From: a virus
DNA length: 64,000 nucleotides
Reading direction: 5' to 3' (one strand)
Virus record (IMG/VR): IMGVR_UViG_3300030419_003648
Location: 1 to 64,000 of that record
Position numbers and translations under genes: made by a program
Notes under the pieces: generated by a model
The model's input: only the letters and a program-made list of their open reading frames with translations
Told to the model about the DNA's origin: nothing
Database searches by the model: none
Shown here: piece by piece, positions 8,123-17,826 of the stretch
How positions within the stretch are numbered: position 1 is the first letter of the stretch
Layout: every line of letters starts with the position of its first letter

Positions 8123-8128
8123 GAGAAT

Positions 8129-8200
8129 GGCCTCATAGTTAAATGGATATAACAAAGGTCTTCTAAACCTTAGTTCGGGGTTCGATTCCCTGTGGGGCTA
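8129..8200 (+). tRNA. tRNA-Arg(TCT), CCA not encoded
   Basis: GGCCTCA/TGGGGCT acceptor, AAGGT-CTTCTAA-ACCTT arm, GTTCGATTC. Confidence 0.95.
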
Positions 8201-8235
8201 CTAGATGATAGTTGTGTTTTTAATCATGAACAGAG

Positions 8236-8532
8236 ATGAAGATAACAGAGGCTGAATTAGATGACATATTGAGATCTTATAATGACCCAAACCTACAACA
8301 AGCCGCCGTAGAGTTCATTGGCTTGTTAAAGAAATTTGATAAAACAGAAGACGATAAATATATATACTTGATGGACGATGTTGCTAATAGGGTTAAAGAC
8401 AGGATTCCTTATGACGAGGTAATGTTCAACGATTCGTGGACAACGGAGCCGAGCTTTGTTCTGATGGCTACCGTTATGAAAATGATTAGTTTGGACTATT
8501 TACCCAGTCTAAAAAAATACGAAGGTTTTTAA
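8236..8532 (+). CDS. hypothetical protein
   Basis: 98-aa ORF. Confidence 0.6.
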   Translation: MKITEAELDDILRSYNDPNLQQAAVEFIGLLKKFDKTEDDKYIYLMDDVANRVKDRIPYDEVMFNDSWTTEPSFVLMATVMKMISLDYLPSLKKYEGF

Positions 8533-8626
8533 TTATTTTTGGATTTAGGGACTACAACTTTTAGATTCATGTCGATAGAATTTATAGAGTTGATAAACAA
8601 GTATCCCTTTTCTTAGGAAATCCAAA

Positions 8627-10789
8627 ATGAAATTGCAATCCGAAGTAAACAGTGTTGTCCGATCAAACGACTTTGAACAATCCAACTACACCATCGAAGC
8701 GTCAGCTAAAGCCTTCTCAATTCTTTCAGATGGCTTATACTCAAACAAAATAAAAGCTGTGATTCGTGAGCTATCTACAAATGCTTACGATGCTCATGTT
8801 GATGCTGGCAAAGCTGACGTTCCATTCAACGTCACCATGCCAGATAGATTCAGTCCTCAATTTGCGATTCGTGACTTCGGCACTGGCCTATCTCACGAAG
8901 ACTGCATGAATCTTTACACTACATACTTTGGTAGCACTAAGACTAATACTAATGATGCAGTTGGATGTCTTGGTCTTGGTAGCAAGTCGCCATTTGCTTA
9001 TACAGATAGTTTCATTGTTACTTCTTATCACAATGGCAAAGTGCGTGTTTATAATTCTTTCAAAGATGAACACAATAAACCTGTGTTTGCTTTGATGTCA
9101 GAAGATGATACTACTCAGCCTAATGGGTTGCATGTATTGTTCAGTGTAGATGCTGACGATGTACAGGAGTTCGAGCAGGAAGCTAAAGAAGTATACAAAC
9201 ACTTTAAGGTTAAGCCTAACTTTAATAGCGATATTGAAATAGAAGAGTTTGATTATGTCTTTACTGGTAGCACTTGGGGCTTAGTCAACAAAGATGCTCA
9301 GCGACGATGGGATATTAAGGCTAAAGCTATCATGGGTCAGGTTGCATATGATCTTGATGGAGATCAGTTTTCAGACAATGATACCGTTACTGCTGTATTG
9401 AAAAGCAATGTGCATATCCATTTTGCTATTGGTGATGTAGATATTACACCAAGTCGTGAATCTCTTAGTTACAACGAGTATACTAAGAAAGCTATTGTTG
9501 AGGCTTGCGAGTTTATTATTGAAGAGTTGAAAGAGACTCTTGGCGAGAGCTTTGATGATTGTCCTACACATTGGGATGCACGAATCAAATACAAAAACTT
9601 CCGCAGAGAAGGTGGTCACTTAAATGAGATAATCAGATCATTCAGTGATGACATTAAGTGGAATGGCAAAGACTTGTTTGATGATGCTTACGATAGAGTA
9701 TATACACCAAAGAAGACTGTTTCAGACTACAACGGTGGAGATATGGAAGTTCCCATGTACAAGATGCGTAAGATGTACCGAGATTTCTGGAAAACTGCTA
9801 TTGCTTGTGACGATGTGGAGTTTATTCGATTTGATAACGGTACTAAGAACATAGTGCTAATCCTTGATGACTTGAAACGTGGTGCTGTTGCTCGTACTCG
9901 AAAGTATGCTAAGGAACAACTTGGCGATAAGCATGACCGAGAGAAGAACAAGTTTGAGTATTATCTAATTAGTGGTGGCGACAAAGAAGCTATCATGAAA
10001 TGGTTGGGTTGTACTGAAGAACATTTGATTCTTGCTTCAAGTCTTTCATCAGTTACTAGAAGCAGAAGCAATAACTCTGGTGCTAGTTATAGAAGCAAAG
10101 TGTGTATCTGGGATTACAGTCGTGGCCAGTGGAAAGACGTTGAAGTAGACATGGAAGAAGGTGGTCTATACTTCGAGATCAATCGCTATGAGATTGTTGG
10201 TCGTGATGGCAACCGCATGGGTGATTGGAATAACATCAGAAGGTTCAATGAGCTACTCACAGATATTGGCTGTGAGATTGATGAAGAAGTTCCTATTTAC
10301 GGCATCAAGAGTCAAGAGCTAAAGAAGAAGAAGTTCAATGCCAACGGTCAGTGGACTAACTACTTCGAGTACATGCAGTCGGCATACAATGATCGCATTA
10401 CTGAAGTCCTTGAGTGGAATGTTGAACACATTGCTTGGAGACAACATGAAAGTTCTGAGCGTGAAGTTATTGCCAACTGGTTGTCTGAAGTGGACAATCT
10501 GCCTGAAGAGATACGAGAGTATGTCGATGACTACAAGTGGTGTCGTTCAAACGAGAAGTTGTGGGTTGCCATGAGTGCGCTCAAAAGACATCTTGGTTTG
10601 GGTAATGGTCTTCAGCAGGATGTTGATGTAGACCCTGTTGAGTGGAACAAGAGGGAGAGTAAAATCACTGAGACTTTCCCTGTGCTGAACTACACCAACC
10701 TTCACTCGTACTACGACAATGAAGCAGAGCGAGACATTCGCAAAGCACACATTCTGGACTACATCAAGTTAGTCCTTTCCAGTAAATAG
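8627..10789 (+). CDS. rIIA: rIIA-like protein (N-terminal GHKL ATPase)
   Basis: AFSILSDGLYSNKIKAVIRELSTNAYDAH, IRDFGTGLS, STK, GCLGLGSKSPFAY, ITPSRESL. Confidence 0.9.
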   Translation: MKLQSEVNSVVRSNDFEQSNYTIEASAKAFSILSDGLYSNKIKAVIRELSTNAYDAHVDAGKADVPFNVTMPDRFSPQFAIRDFGTGLSHEDCMNLYTTYFGSTKTNTNDAVGCLGLGSKSPFAYTDSFIVTSYHNGKVRVYNSFKDEHNKPVFALMSEDDTTQPNGLHVLFSVDADDVQEFEQEAKEVYKHFKVKPNFNSDIEIEEFDYVFTGSTWGLVNKDAQRRWDIKAKAIMGQVAYDLDGDQFSDNDTVTAVLKSNVHIHFAIGDVDITPSRESLSYNEYTKKAIVEACEFIIEELKETLGESFDDCPTHWDARIKYKNFRREGGHLNEIIRSFSDDIKWNGKDLFDDAYDRVYTPKKTVSDYNGGDMEVPMYKMRKMYRDFWKTAIACDDVEFIRFDNGTKNIVLILDDLKRGAVARTRKYAKEQLGDKHDREKNKFEYYLISGGDKEAIMKWLGCTEEHLILASSLSSVTRSRSNNSGASYRSKVCIWDYSRGQWKDVEVDMEEGGLYFEINRYEIVGRDGNRMGDWNNIRRFNELLTDIGCEIDEEVPIYGIKSQELKKKKFNANGQWTNYFEYMQSAYNDRITEVLEWNVEHIAWRQHESSEREVIANWLSEVDNLPEEIREYVDDYKWCRSNEKLWVAMSALKRHLGLGNGLQQDVDVDPVEWNKRESKITETFPVLNYTNLHSYYDNEAERDIRKAHILDYIKLVLSSK

Positions 10790-10814
10790 TTTTTTTGATT
10801 TTAGGAGTATTGAT

Positions 10815-11642
10815 ATGAGTTACATTGTAAGTAACAAAGGCGTTGTAAATTGTGTTGTCGCTGGTAAGACCTACACCTTCGACAAGAACCATCCAAACTA
10901 TACCAAGTTAGTAGGTCACTTGATTGATGGTAATGTTGAATACTTTGAAGCTGACTATGATGTCGTTGCGGCAATAGACAACTTCTGTGAAGGATACATT
11001 GACGTTAAGAATGGTACACTTCAGTGGGATGGCATTGAGATGCCAGAACTATTCACTGAGCGTATCTTGAAGATGAAGACTGAAGGGTTTAACTTCCAAC
11101 CAATGTTGGAGTTCTTAAACAATATGAACGAGAATCCTTCTGACCATGCTATTGTGGAGTTGTTTGACTTCATGCAACATGAACACTTACCTATTACTGA
11201 TGATGGTCACTTCCTTGCGTATAAGGCTGTGAACAAAGACTTCAAAGATAAGTGGAGTGGAACCTTTGACAACTCAGTTGGTAATGTAGTTGAAGTTGAT
11301 CGAGGTAATGTTGATAGCAATCGTAACAACGGTTGTAGCAAGGGACTTCATGTAGGCTCTTTGGATTATGTCAAAGACTATGGAAGTGAAGATGGTGGCG
11401 ACCAGTTCTTAGTGGTCAAAGTCAATCCTATGGATGTAGTAAGCGTACCTCACGATTCACGATACCAGAAGTTGCGTTGTTGCAAGTATGAGGTTGTAGC
11501 TCTGTTCACTGATCCACTCAAGGATTCTGTTCAGATGAGCGACAAGCCTCCTGTAGAGGTCGAAGTGACTCACTACGATGAGGCATGGCGTGACAATGTT
11601 CGTGAGCGTATCGAGTCGCTGACGAGCTTAATGACCGCTTAG
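10815..11642 (+). CDS. rIIB: rIIB-like protein
   Basis: LPITDDGHFLAYKAV, CSKGLHVGSLDY, VKVNPMDVVSVP, KLRCCKYEV; follows rIIA. Confidence 0.9.
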   Translation: MSYIVSNKGVVNCVVAGKTYTFDKNHPNYTKLVGHLIDGNVEYFEADYDVVAAIDNFCEGYIDVKNGTLQWDGIEMPELFTERILKMKTEGFNFQPMLEFLNNMNENPSDHAIVELFDFMQHEHLPITDDGHFLAYKAVNKDFKDKWSGTFDNSVGNVVEVDRGNVDSNRNNGCSKGLHVGSLDYVKDYGSEDGGDQFLVVKVNPMDVVSVPHDSRYQKLRCCKYEVVALFTDPLKDSVQMSDKPPVEVEVTHYDEAWRDNVRERIESLTSLMTA

Positions 11643-11654
11643 TATTTTCAGGGA

Positions 11655-11717
11655 GGCCGATGCTCGTTGTATCGGTCAGGGCGGCAGGTTGTGTTCCAGC
11701 CTGTCGTCCTTTATTTT
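11655..11717 (+). terminator. tandem hairpins / intrinsic terminator after rIIB
   Basis: GGCCGATGC/GTATCGGTC, then AGGGCGGCAGGTTG/CAGCCTGTCGTCCT followed by TTATTTT. Confidence 0.75.
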
Positions 11718-11734
11718 GCTTGAGAGGATGGAGT

Positions 11735-12142
11735 ATGATTTTTTCGTATTATTCCATTGGCGATGTGATACTTGATATTGTTGGTGGTATTGCTGCTTTT
11801 ATAGTCTTGTGTGCTTGGGGAGTGGCATCAGTCGAACCTAAGAAAAAACAGGTCGAGACTAAGAAACCAAAACGGGTTCAAAACAATGCAAAGCCAGCAC
11901 AAATCAAACCAATAGAACTAGAATTGGTATTCGAGTATGACGAGTCTGATAAAACTAAACCTAAGCCTAAGCCTGTTCCCAAGACCTCAGAGAAGATAAT
12001 TGAAGAGGCTGTATTCGCTCTTCATAACTTAGGTTTTAAGAAAACTGAAGCTAAAAAGGCCATAGAAAGAGTGTCTAATGGCAGGGTTTTTGATAATGTT
12101 CAAGACTTGATAGTAGCCACGATGGATAGAACTAATGTTTAA
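11735..12142 (+). CDS. membrane-anchored protein with C-terminal RuvA-CTD/UBA-like domain
   Basis: TM helix, K/P-rich linker, EEAVFALHNLGFKKTEAKKAIERV; GGAG before ATG 11735. Confidence 0.65.
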   Translation: MIFSYYSIGDVILDIVGGIAAFIVLCAWGVASVEPKKKQVETKKPKRVQNNAKPAQIKPIELELVFEYDESDKTKPKPKPVPKTSEKIIEEAVFALHNLGFKKTEAKKAIERVSNGRVFDNVQDLIVATMDRTNV

Positions 12143-12144
12143 TT

Positions 12145-12153
12145 GTGTATAAT
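12145..12153 (+). promoter_or_regulatory. GTGTATAAT promoter motif
   Basis: same motif as before tmRNA and nrdA. Confidence 0.55.
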
Positions 12154-12164
12154 AAGGTAGAGCT

Positions 12165-12734
12165 ATGAATAGGTTAAGAGGGATGACTGCATACTTATGC
12201 GGTGCTATGGATAGAGTAGAAGATGGTGGAGTTAAATGGAGAAACTATGTAACTCCTAAACTTCAAGAGCTTGGTGTTGGCGTTTTAGACCCTTGCGATA
12301 AAGCAAGTGACTATGGCACTGAAGATCATGACACTAGAGATCATATAGCCAAATTAAAAAAGTCTGGCAAGTATGATGAGGTGTCTAAGATAATGAAACC
12401 TATTTGCGCTATAGATTTGAGAATGGTTGACATTGCTCACTTTATTGTAATGAGCTTGGATGTTGACACTCACCTATGTGGTTCTTACCACGAAGCCTCA
12501 ATCGCTATAGCCCAGAAGAAACCTGTTGTCATAATGTGCAAACAGGGGAAGGAAAATTTACCAAACTGGATGTTTGGTGTAGTTCCCCATGAAATGGTAT
12601 TTTCAAATTGGAGTGAACTATTGGAGTATTTACGTCACATTGACGAAGATGATGATGCAAAACATATGAACCGTTGGCGGTTCTTTGACTTCGATAAGGT
12701 TTACAATAATGATAGATTTACAATTCAACCGTAG
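12165..12734 (+). CDS. nucleoside 2-deoxyribosyltransferase-like protein
   Basis: YLCGAM..W, VLDP, IDLRMVD..HFIV, GSYHEASIA, KKPVV. Confidence 0.75.
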   Translation: MNRLRGMTAYLCGAMDRVEDGGVKWRNYVTPKLQELGVGVLDPCDKASDYGTEDHDTRDHIAKLKKSGKYDEVSKIMKPICAIDLRMVDIAHFIVMSLDVDTHLCGSYHEASIAIAQKKPVVIMCKQGKENLPNWMFGVVPHEMVFSNWSELLEYLRHIDEDDDAKHMNRWRFFDFDKVYNNDRFTIQP

Positions 12735-13941
12735 AGACTTTATGAGAGTAGGTGGCATTAGTGCTGGACTAAGTGCCATTGGATTATCAGATATAAAAGC
12801 AGAAGACGCTCCTTTATGTTTATCGCCAAATGACAAATCCGTTATATGGGTTTGGCTTGGTGGTGGAGCAACACAAGTAGAAACATTCGATCCAAAGCCA
12901 GACGCTCCTGACAACGTAAGAGCAGTTAATGGCTGGGTTAAAACAAACGCTGGTTACAGAATTGGTGCTGACTGGGAAAACCTAGCAACAGTTGGCGATA
13001 AGATGACAGTTGTTAGATCGTTTGCTCATGGCAATGCTAGTCATAGAACTGGTACTCATTGGGTAATGACTGGCTACAATAGCACAGACAATACACCACT
13101 GTCACCAGCTTATAATCCTTCATACGGTTCTATGGTTGCTAGTTCATATGGCTCAAACAATCCAATTACTGGTATGCCAGCTTATGTAAGAGTCAACAAT
13201 ATCACTTATGATGGTGGAGCTTGGTTAGGTACTGACTACAAACCTTATGAAGCTACTGGCGAAGGTGTTAAAAACCTACAATTAAAAATAAACAGAGAGC
13301 ATTTTCTCGGTCGTCAGGATTTACTGACGGGTCTTGATAGATTGCGAGACAATACTAGCTTGCGCGATCAATCCTACAATATGCTTTTAGGCAATATTGC
13401 AGATGCTTTTGATGTAAAAAAAGAAGACCCAAAGAATTTAGAAGAGTATGGAAGTGGTATTGGAGAACAGCTACTTCTCGCTAGAAGACTTGCCGAAAGA
13501 GGCACTAAATTCGTCACAATCCAATACGGCGGCTGGGATATGCACTCTAATATCTCTAAAGCATTAAAGAGTAGAGTTCCACCCGTCGATAAAGCCCTTA
13601 CCGCACTGATTAACGACATCCACAATAGAGGTCTGAATAAAGACATTATGGTAGTTGTGACGGGCGAGTTTGGACGAACCTATAAGATTAATGCTAATTC
13701 AGGTAGAGATCATTGGCCTAGATTGTCGCCATTGATGATCTCTGGTGGAGACTTTTTTATGGGGTATGCTCTTGGTGAATCCACTTCTAAAGCAGAAGAA
13801 CCAAAGACAGACCCTCATAACCCACAGAATTTAACAGCAACATTACTTAAACATTTTGGTATTGACCAACACACACAAAGATTAGACATGGCTGGAAGGC
13901 CACGTTATTTCTTAGATGTTGGTACAGAATCTATTATCTAA
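12709..13941 (+). CDS. DUF1501 family protein with twin-arginine signal
   Basis: NRRDFMRVG Tat motif; SVIWVWLGGGATQVETFDPKPDAP, LLARRLAERG, GGWDMH, GEFGRT, GRDHWP. Confidence 0.88.
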   Translation: MIDLQFNRRDFMRVGGISAGLSAIGLSDIKAEDAPLCLSPNDKSVIWVWLGGGATQVETFDPKPDAPDNVRAVNGWVKTNAGYRIGADWENLATVGDKMTVVRSFAHGNASHRTGTHWVMTGYNSTDNTPLSPAYNPSYGSMVASSYGSNNPITGMPAYVRVNNITYDGGAWLGTDYKPYEATGEGVKNLQLKINREHFLGRQDLLTGLDRLRDNTSLRDQSYNMLLGNIADAFDVKKEDPKNLEEYGSGIGEQLLLARRLAERGTKFVTIQYGGWDMHSNISKALKSRVPPVDKALTALINDIHNRGLNKDIMVVVTGEFGRTYKINANSGRDHWPRLSPLMISGGDFFMGYALGESTSKAEEPKTDPHNPQNLTATLLKHFGIDQHTQRLDMAGRPRYFLDVGTESII

Positions 13942-13991
13942 TAGATATTGAGGAGGATTTGTCACTAGGAACCTAACATTCGAGGTGGCAA

Positions 13992-14108
13992 ATGAAAAAA
14001 TTTTGTTCAACTATAAAGTTTGTATTTGAAAATGCTTACTACATAAGTGGTACTGCGTTTTTCATATTTGTAATTTACTTTTTAACCAAGTTTACTATGT
14101 GGTGGTGA
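13992..14108 (+). CDS. small membrane peptide (38 aa)
   Basis: hand-translated MKKFCSTIKF...FFIFVIYFLTKFTMWW; GAGGT RBS. Confidence 0.45.
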   Translation: MKKFCSTIKFVFENAYYISGTAFFIFVIYFLTKFTMWW

Positions 14109-14109
14109 T

Positions 14110-14478
14110 ATGAAGAAGGTATTGATAATATTGGCAATTTTAATGGTTACTGGAACACTGAAAGCTCAAGAAAAAAGAGTGATAACAGTTCCTAAACCTC
14201 AAGTTCAAAGACCGCAAGGTTTTGGAAAACAGCAATGGCAACAACCCAGACAAGCTCAGCCTCCTGTTCAAAGAAACCATATTCATGGACGAATCATAAT
14301 TGGACAGCCAATGTATTATCCTTACTATAGGAACTACAGTTGGGTTAGAAACAACCATAACTTTCACCCTCATTGGTGTGGGTGTGCTATGTGTTGCCCT
14401 CCTGTTATAATTCAGCCACAGCCTGTCCCTGTATACCCAATGCCTTTTGGCGGGTTTTACTTTCAATTTAGGTTTTAA
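14110..14478 (+). CDS. secreted P/Q/Y-rich protein
   Basis: signal peptide MKKVLIILAILMVTGTLKA; low-complexity body; HWCGCAMC. Confidence 0.65.
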   Translation: MKKVLIILAILMVTGTLKAQEKRVITVPKPQVQRPQGFGKQQWQQPRQAQPPVQRNHIHGRIIIGQPMYYPYYRNYSWVRNNHNFHPHWCGCAMCCPPVIIQPQPVPVYPMPFGGFYFQFRF

Positions 14479-14480
14479 CA

Positions 14481-14813
14481 ATGAAAAAACTAAACATGCT
14501 TTGCCTAGCAATAATGGCAATCACAATAGGATGTTTAGGATTGATAAACTACAAGCAAGGAAAAAGAATCACTCAACTTGAAGGTGAAATGTATCTCACC
14601 AATACGTATCTTAATCACACATCAATGAAACTTGAAATGTTTTTAGAGATGATAGAAGATGAGATGCACTCATCAATTAGAAGAATATCAAGACCGATAG
14701 CAAGAGAAGAGGTTATAAAGGGCTTCCAAGAATTTGCTGAGAACTTCCGTAATGCAGGAGTTCAGAAAGGTTCCTCTGATGAAAGATCTAATAGCGAGAC
14801 TGAAAAGAATTGA
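14481..14813 (+). CDS. membrane-anchored coiled-coil protein
   Basis: N-terminal hydrophobic helix. Confidence 0.6.
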   Translation: MKKLNMLCLAIMAITIGCLGLINYKQGKRITQLEGEMYLTNTYLNHTSMKLEMFLEMIEDEMHSSIRRISRPIAREEVIKGFQEFAENFRNAGVQKGSSDERSNSETEKN

Positions 14814-14928
14814 TTGGACAGTGTTCAACAGGTATGTTATATTAACATTACTTGTCATTAGCCCAGTAGTATTTATGCTTATGGGGATTGGAATTTTACT
14901 GGACATTCTAGGAGCTTTACAAAAATAA
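14779..14928 (+). CDS. small membrane protein
   Basis: ATG 14779, AAGG RBS, hydrophobic C-half. Confidence 0.5.
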   Translation: MKDLIARLKRIDWTVFNRYVILTLLVISPVVFMLMGIGILLDILGALQK

Positions 14929-14929
14929 A

Positions 14930-15907
14930 ATGACTCAGGAAGATGAGATTATACATGTAAAATCTTGGATGGACTTAGGCGACTGCAACTATGAAATAGA
15001 CCACGACGATGATTCTATACCTGAGTCCGGCGTGGTCTATTGCAATATAGAACACATACATAAGTTCTTTGAAAAGTGTAAACGAACAGATAACAAATAC
15101 ATTGTAATTAGCGGATTCAGCGATTACGGTGTTGCTCTACAAAAAGAACATCCTGTAGCCAATGATATGATTAAATGGCTACCATTCATAGAAAATGAAA
15201 TACCAAACATTGGCTATTCGCCTTTGATAATACCAGCTAGGTGCGAAGTCGAAAAATGCAAGATAGAAGATAAGTATTCTGTCAAATGTTATTCTAGTAC
15301 ATACTCTACATTTAGTAGCATACCAGACAATATCATCAAATGGTTTACTGTAAACCCAATGATAGAAGATGATAGAATAGTCAACATACCTCTTGGTGTT
15401 GGAAAAGATGCACCATCTGAAATAGCCGAGGTTTGTCTTAGCGAATCAGACCTGCTCAAACATTCGCCCTCAGACCGAGTGAAAATGGTCTACATAAATT
15501 GGCAAGATCACACAATAGAAAGAATAAGATTAAAGAACGCTTTAATTAGGCTAGACCCTGCGTGGGGAACTATTGTTAGAGAGCCTAAAGAATACAAAGA
15601 CTATTTAACAGACCTAATGAATCATGCTTTTGCAATATGTCCAGAAGGTAATGGCGTAGACTGTTACAGGATATTGGAATGTATATATTGCGGCACTATA
15701 CCAATAGTGACCAAAAAGATAGCCTATCAATACCTTGAAGGTTTGCCTCATGTCGTAATAGAAAACTGGAATAATTTGAATTATGAGTTTCTGAAATCAG
15801 AGTTAGACAGAATTGAAAAAACTGAGTATAATCTTGATAAGGGTAAACTGTCTTATTGGAAAAAACAGATAGAAGACGAGAGGTCAAGAGTATGGAAGGG
15901 GTTTTAG
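14930..15907 (+). CDS. exostosin (GT47)-like glycosyltransferase
   Basis: IPLG, FAICPEGNGVDCYRILECIYCGTIPIV, YWKK. Confidence 0.72.
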   Translation: MTQEDEIIHVKSWMDLGDCNYEIDHDDDSIPESGVVYCNIEHIHKFFEKCKRTDNKYIVISGFSDYGVALQKEHPVANDMIKWLPFIENEIPNIGYSPLIIPARCEVEKCKIEDKYSVKCYSSTYSTFSSIPDNIIKWFTVNPMIEDDRIVNIPLGVGKDAPSEIAEVCLSESDLLKHSPSDRVKMVYINWQDHTIERIRLKNALIRLDPAWGTIVREPKEYKDYLTDLMNHAFAICPEGNGVDCYRILECIYCGTIPIVTKKIAYQYLEGLPHVVIENWNNLNYEFLKSELDRIEKTEYNLDKGKLSYWKKQIEDERSRVWKGF

Positions 15908-16010
15908 CTGGCCTAACTGCTTGGGGTGTAGAACTAGCAATAGCTGTAGCAATATTACTTGTGCTAAAACACGAAGAAAACAAAGTGTATAAAAGAAGGA
16001 AGAATAACAA

Positions 16011-17153
16011 ATGAGTTTCTTGGAATCAACTGTAAGCATGAACCTTTTAGCGCCTTTGAATCAGCTTGGCTATGGTGTTACTGGGCTTAATCTGTCAACA
16101 GCTTTGACTAAAGCCGGACATACAGTGGCTTTATTCCCTATTGGAAACATAGATGTTCCAGATCAATACGGAGAGCTTATCCGGCCAATGATGGCTAATT
16201 CAAGGTTTCCTGACTTTAATGCTCCGTCTATACGTTTATGGCATCAGCATGACATGTCTCAATTTGTTGGTCGTGGAGCTAAGATTGGTTTTCCAATATT
16301 CGAGCTAGAGACTTTTACAGACCTAGAGCTACATCACCTTTCTCATTGTGACTACTGGTTTGTTTGTAGTCAGTGGGCAAAAGATATTTTAGTCAAGAAT
16401 GTAGGAGAACATCTCAAGAGTGATGATATTGCTAGTAGGGTATACGTCATACCTTTAGGTGTTGATAGAGAAATCTTTAGAGAAAACATTTCCCACAGAA
16501 AAGAAACCATATTCTTCAATGCTGGAAAATGGGAGCGTCGAAAAGGTCATGACATCCTAGTTACAGCCTTTAATGAAGCATTTGAAGAAGATGACGATGT
16601 AGAGCTTTGGATGCTTTGCGACAACCCATTTTACCCAGAAGAAGAGAATTTTAAGTGGGAAAGGCTCTACAGATCATCTAAACTAGGCGACAAGATAAGG
16701 GTCATCCCTAGACAGAAAACGCAGCTAGATGTGTATAATATTATGGTACAAACTGACTGCGGAGTATTCCCATCCAGAGCAGAAGGTTGGAATCTTGAGC
16801 TGCTTGAGATGATGTCCTGTGGCAAAAATGTTATTGCAACTAACTATTCAGCGCATACTGAATTTTGCAATGATGAAAATTGTCATTTAGTAGATGTACC
16901 GGAAGAGCTTGAAGAAGCTCAAGATGGAAGATGGTTTAGAGGTCAAGGAAAATGGGCTTCTATTGGAGAAGATCAAGTATCTCAGATTGCTGAACATATG
17001 AGAACTGTTCATCAGTTGAAGCAGAAAGATGATCTAAAGATAAATCAGGCAGGTATTGATACATCTAAGGAATACACTTGGGCTAACGCTGCAAATCACA
17101 TAGTGGCTGCGTTAAATGAAATAAACGAAAAACAAAATGATTCACATACTTAA
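16011..17153 (+). CDS. GT4 (GT-B) glycosyltransferase
   Basis: GYG, VIPLGVD, GKWERRKGHD, PSRAEGWNLELLEMMSCG, YTW. Confidence 0.85.
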   Translation: MSFLESTVSMNLLAPLNQLGYGVTGLNLSTALTKAGHTVALFPIGNIDVPDQYGELIRPMMANSRFPDFNAPSIRLWHQHDMSQFVGRGAKIGFPIFELETFTDLELHHLSHCDYWFVCSQWAKDILVKNVGEHLKSDDIASRVYVIPLGVDREIFRENISHRKETIFFNAGKWERRKGHDILVTAFNEAFEEDDDVELWMLCDNPFYPEEENFKWERLYRSSKLGDKIRVIPRQKTQLDVYNIMVQTDCGVFPSRAEGWNLELLEMMSCGKNVIATNYSAHTEFCNDENCHLVDVPEELEEAQDGRWFRGQGKWASIGEDQVSQIAEHMRTVHQLKQKDDLKINQAGIDTSKEYTWANAANHIVAALNEINEKQNDSHT

Positions 17154-17826
17154 TGCGACTGGTGGCTCCGAAGATATAAATAATATAAAGTATGTTGGTA
17201 AACCTAGTGATAAAGAAGCAAAGTGGATAAAAAAAGCAACTCCTCTTGTTTCAGTTGATTGGAAAGAATTACTTCCACCACCTCCCAGCAATACAAGTGA
17301 TGTCACAAAGACAGATCTTGAGCAGGTTCAAAGAATAACAAGAAACATATCAAAAGAAGATTTTGATATGATTATGCTCGTTGACGACGAACCCTCTCAT
17401 GTTTTTATGCCTTACCTAAAGAGGCATAACCTCTCTTATCCACAAGAGCTTATAGACCTTGTGTTGGATAATGTGTATCCAGTTTGGCTAAAGCTAAAGT
17501 ATTACCATAAACGGCCAAGACCGTTTCAGATAGCTCCACATCTGGGATACATAATATCCGTTATTCAAACATCTACACATCAAACGCCAGCTTATCCTAG
17601 TGGACATCAAGCTGAAGGTGCTATCATAGCGGAGATATTATCTGACATATATCCAGAACATCAAACAGCCTTTTACGAAGCGGCTGGAAAAGTAGGACAC
17701 GCTAGACTTTTACAAGGGGTTCATTACCCTAGCGATAATGAAGCCAGTATGATTCTTAGTAGGATATTATGGGAAAACATAAAGGGAAACTTAGATGATA
17801 ACTGGACTGATATTATCAAAAAATAG
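17137..17826 (+). CDS. PAP2 / vanadium-haloperoxidase-superfamily phosphatase
   Basis: KYYHKRPRP, PAYPSGH, ARLLQGVHYPSD. Confidence 0.85.
   Translation: MIHILNATGGSEDINNIKYVGKPSDKEAKWIKKATPLVSVDWKELLPPPPSNTSDVTKTDLEQVQRITRNISKEDFDMIMLVDDEPSHVFMPYLKRHNLSYPQELIDLVLDNVYPVWLKLKYYHKRPRPFQIAPHLGYIISVIQTSTHQTPAYPSGHQAEGAIIAEILSDIYPEHQTAFYEAAGKVGHARLLQGVHYPSDNEASMILSRILWENIKGNLDDNWTDIIKK

Noticed and set aside
11660-11734. Track start of the 160-aa ORF
   Set aside because: Lies within terminator hairpins; ATG 11735 has an RBS
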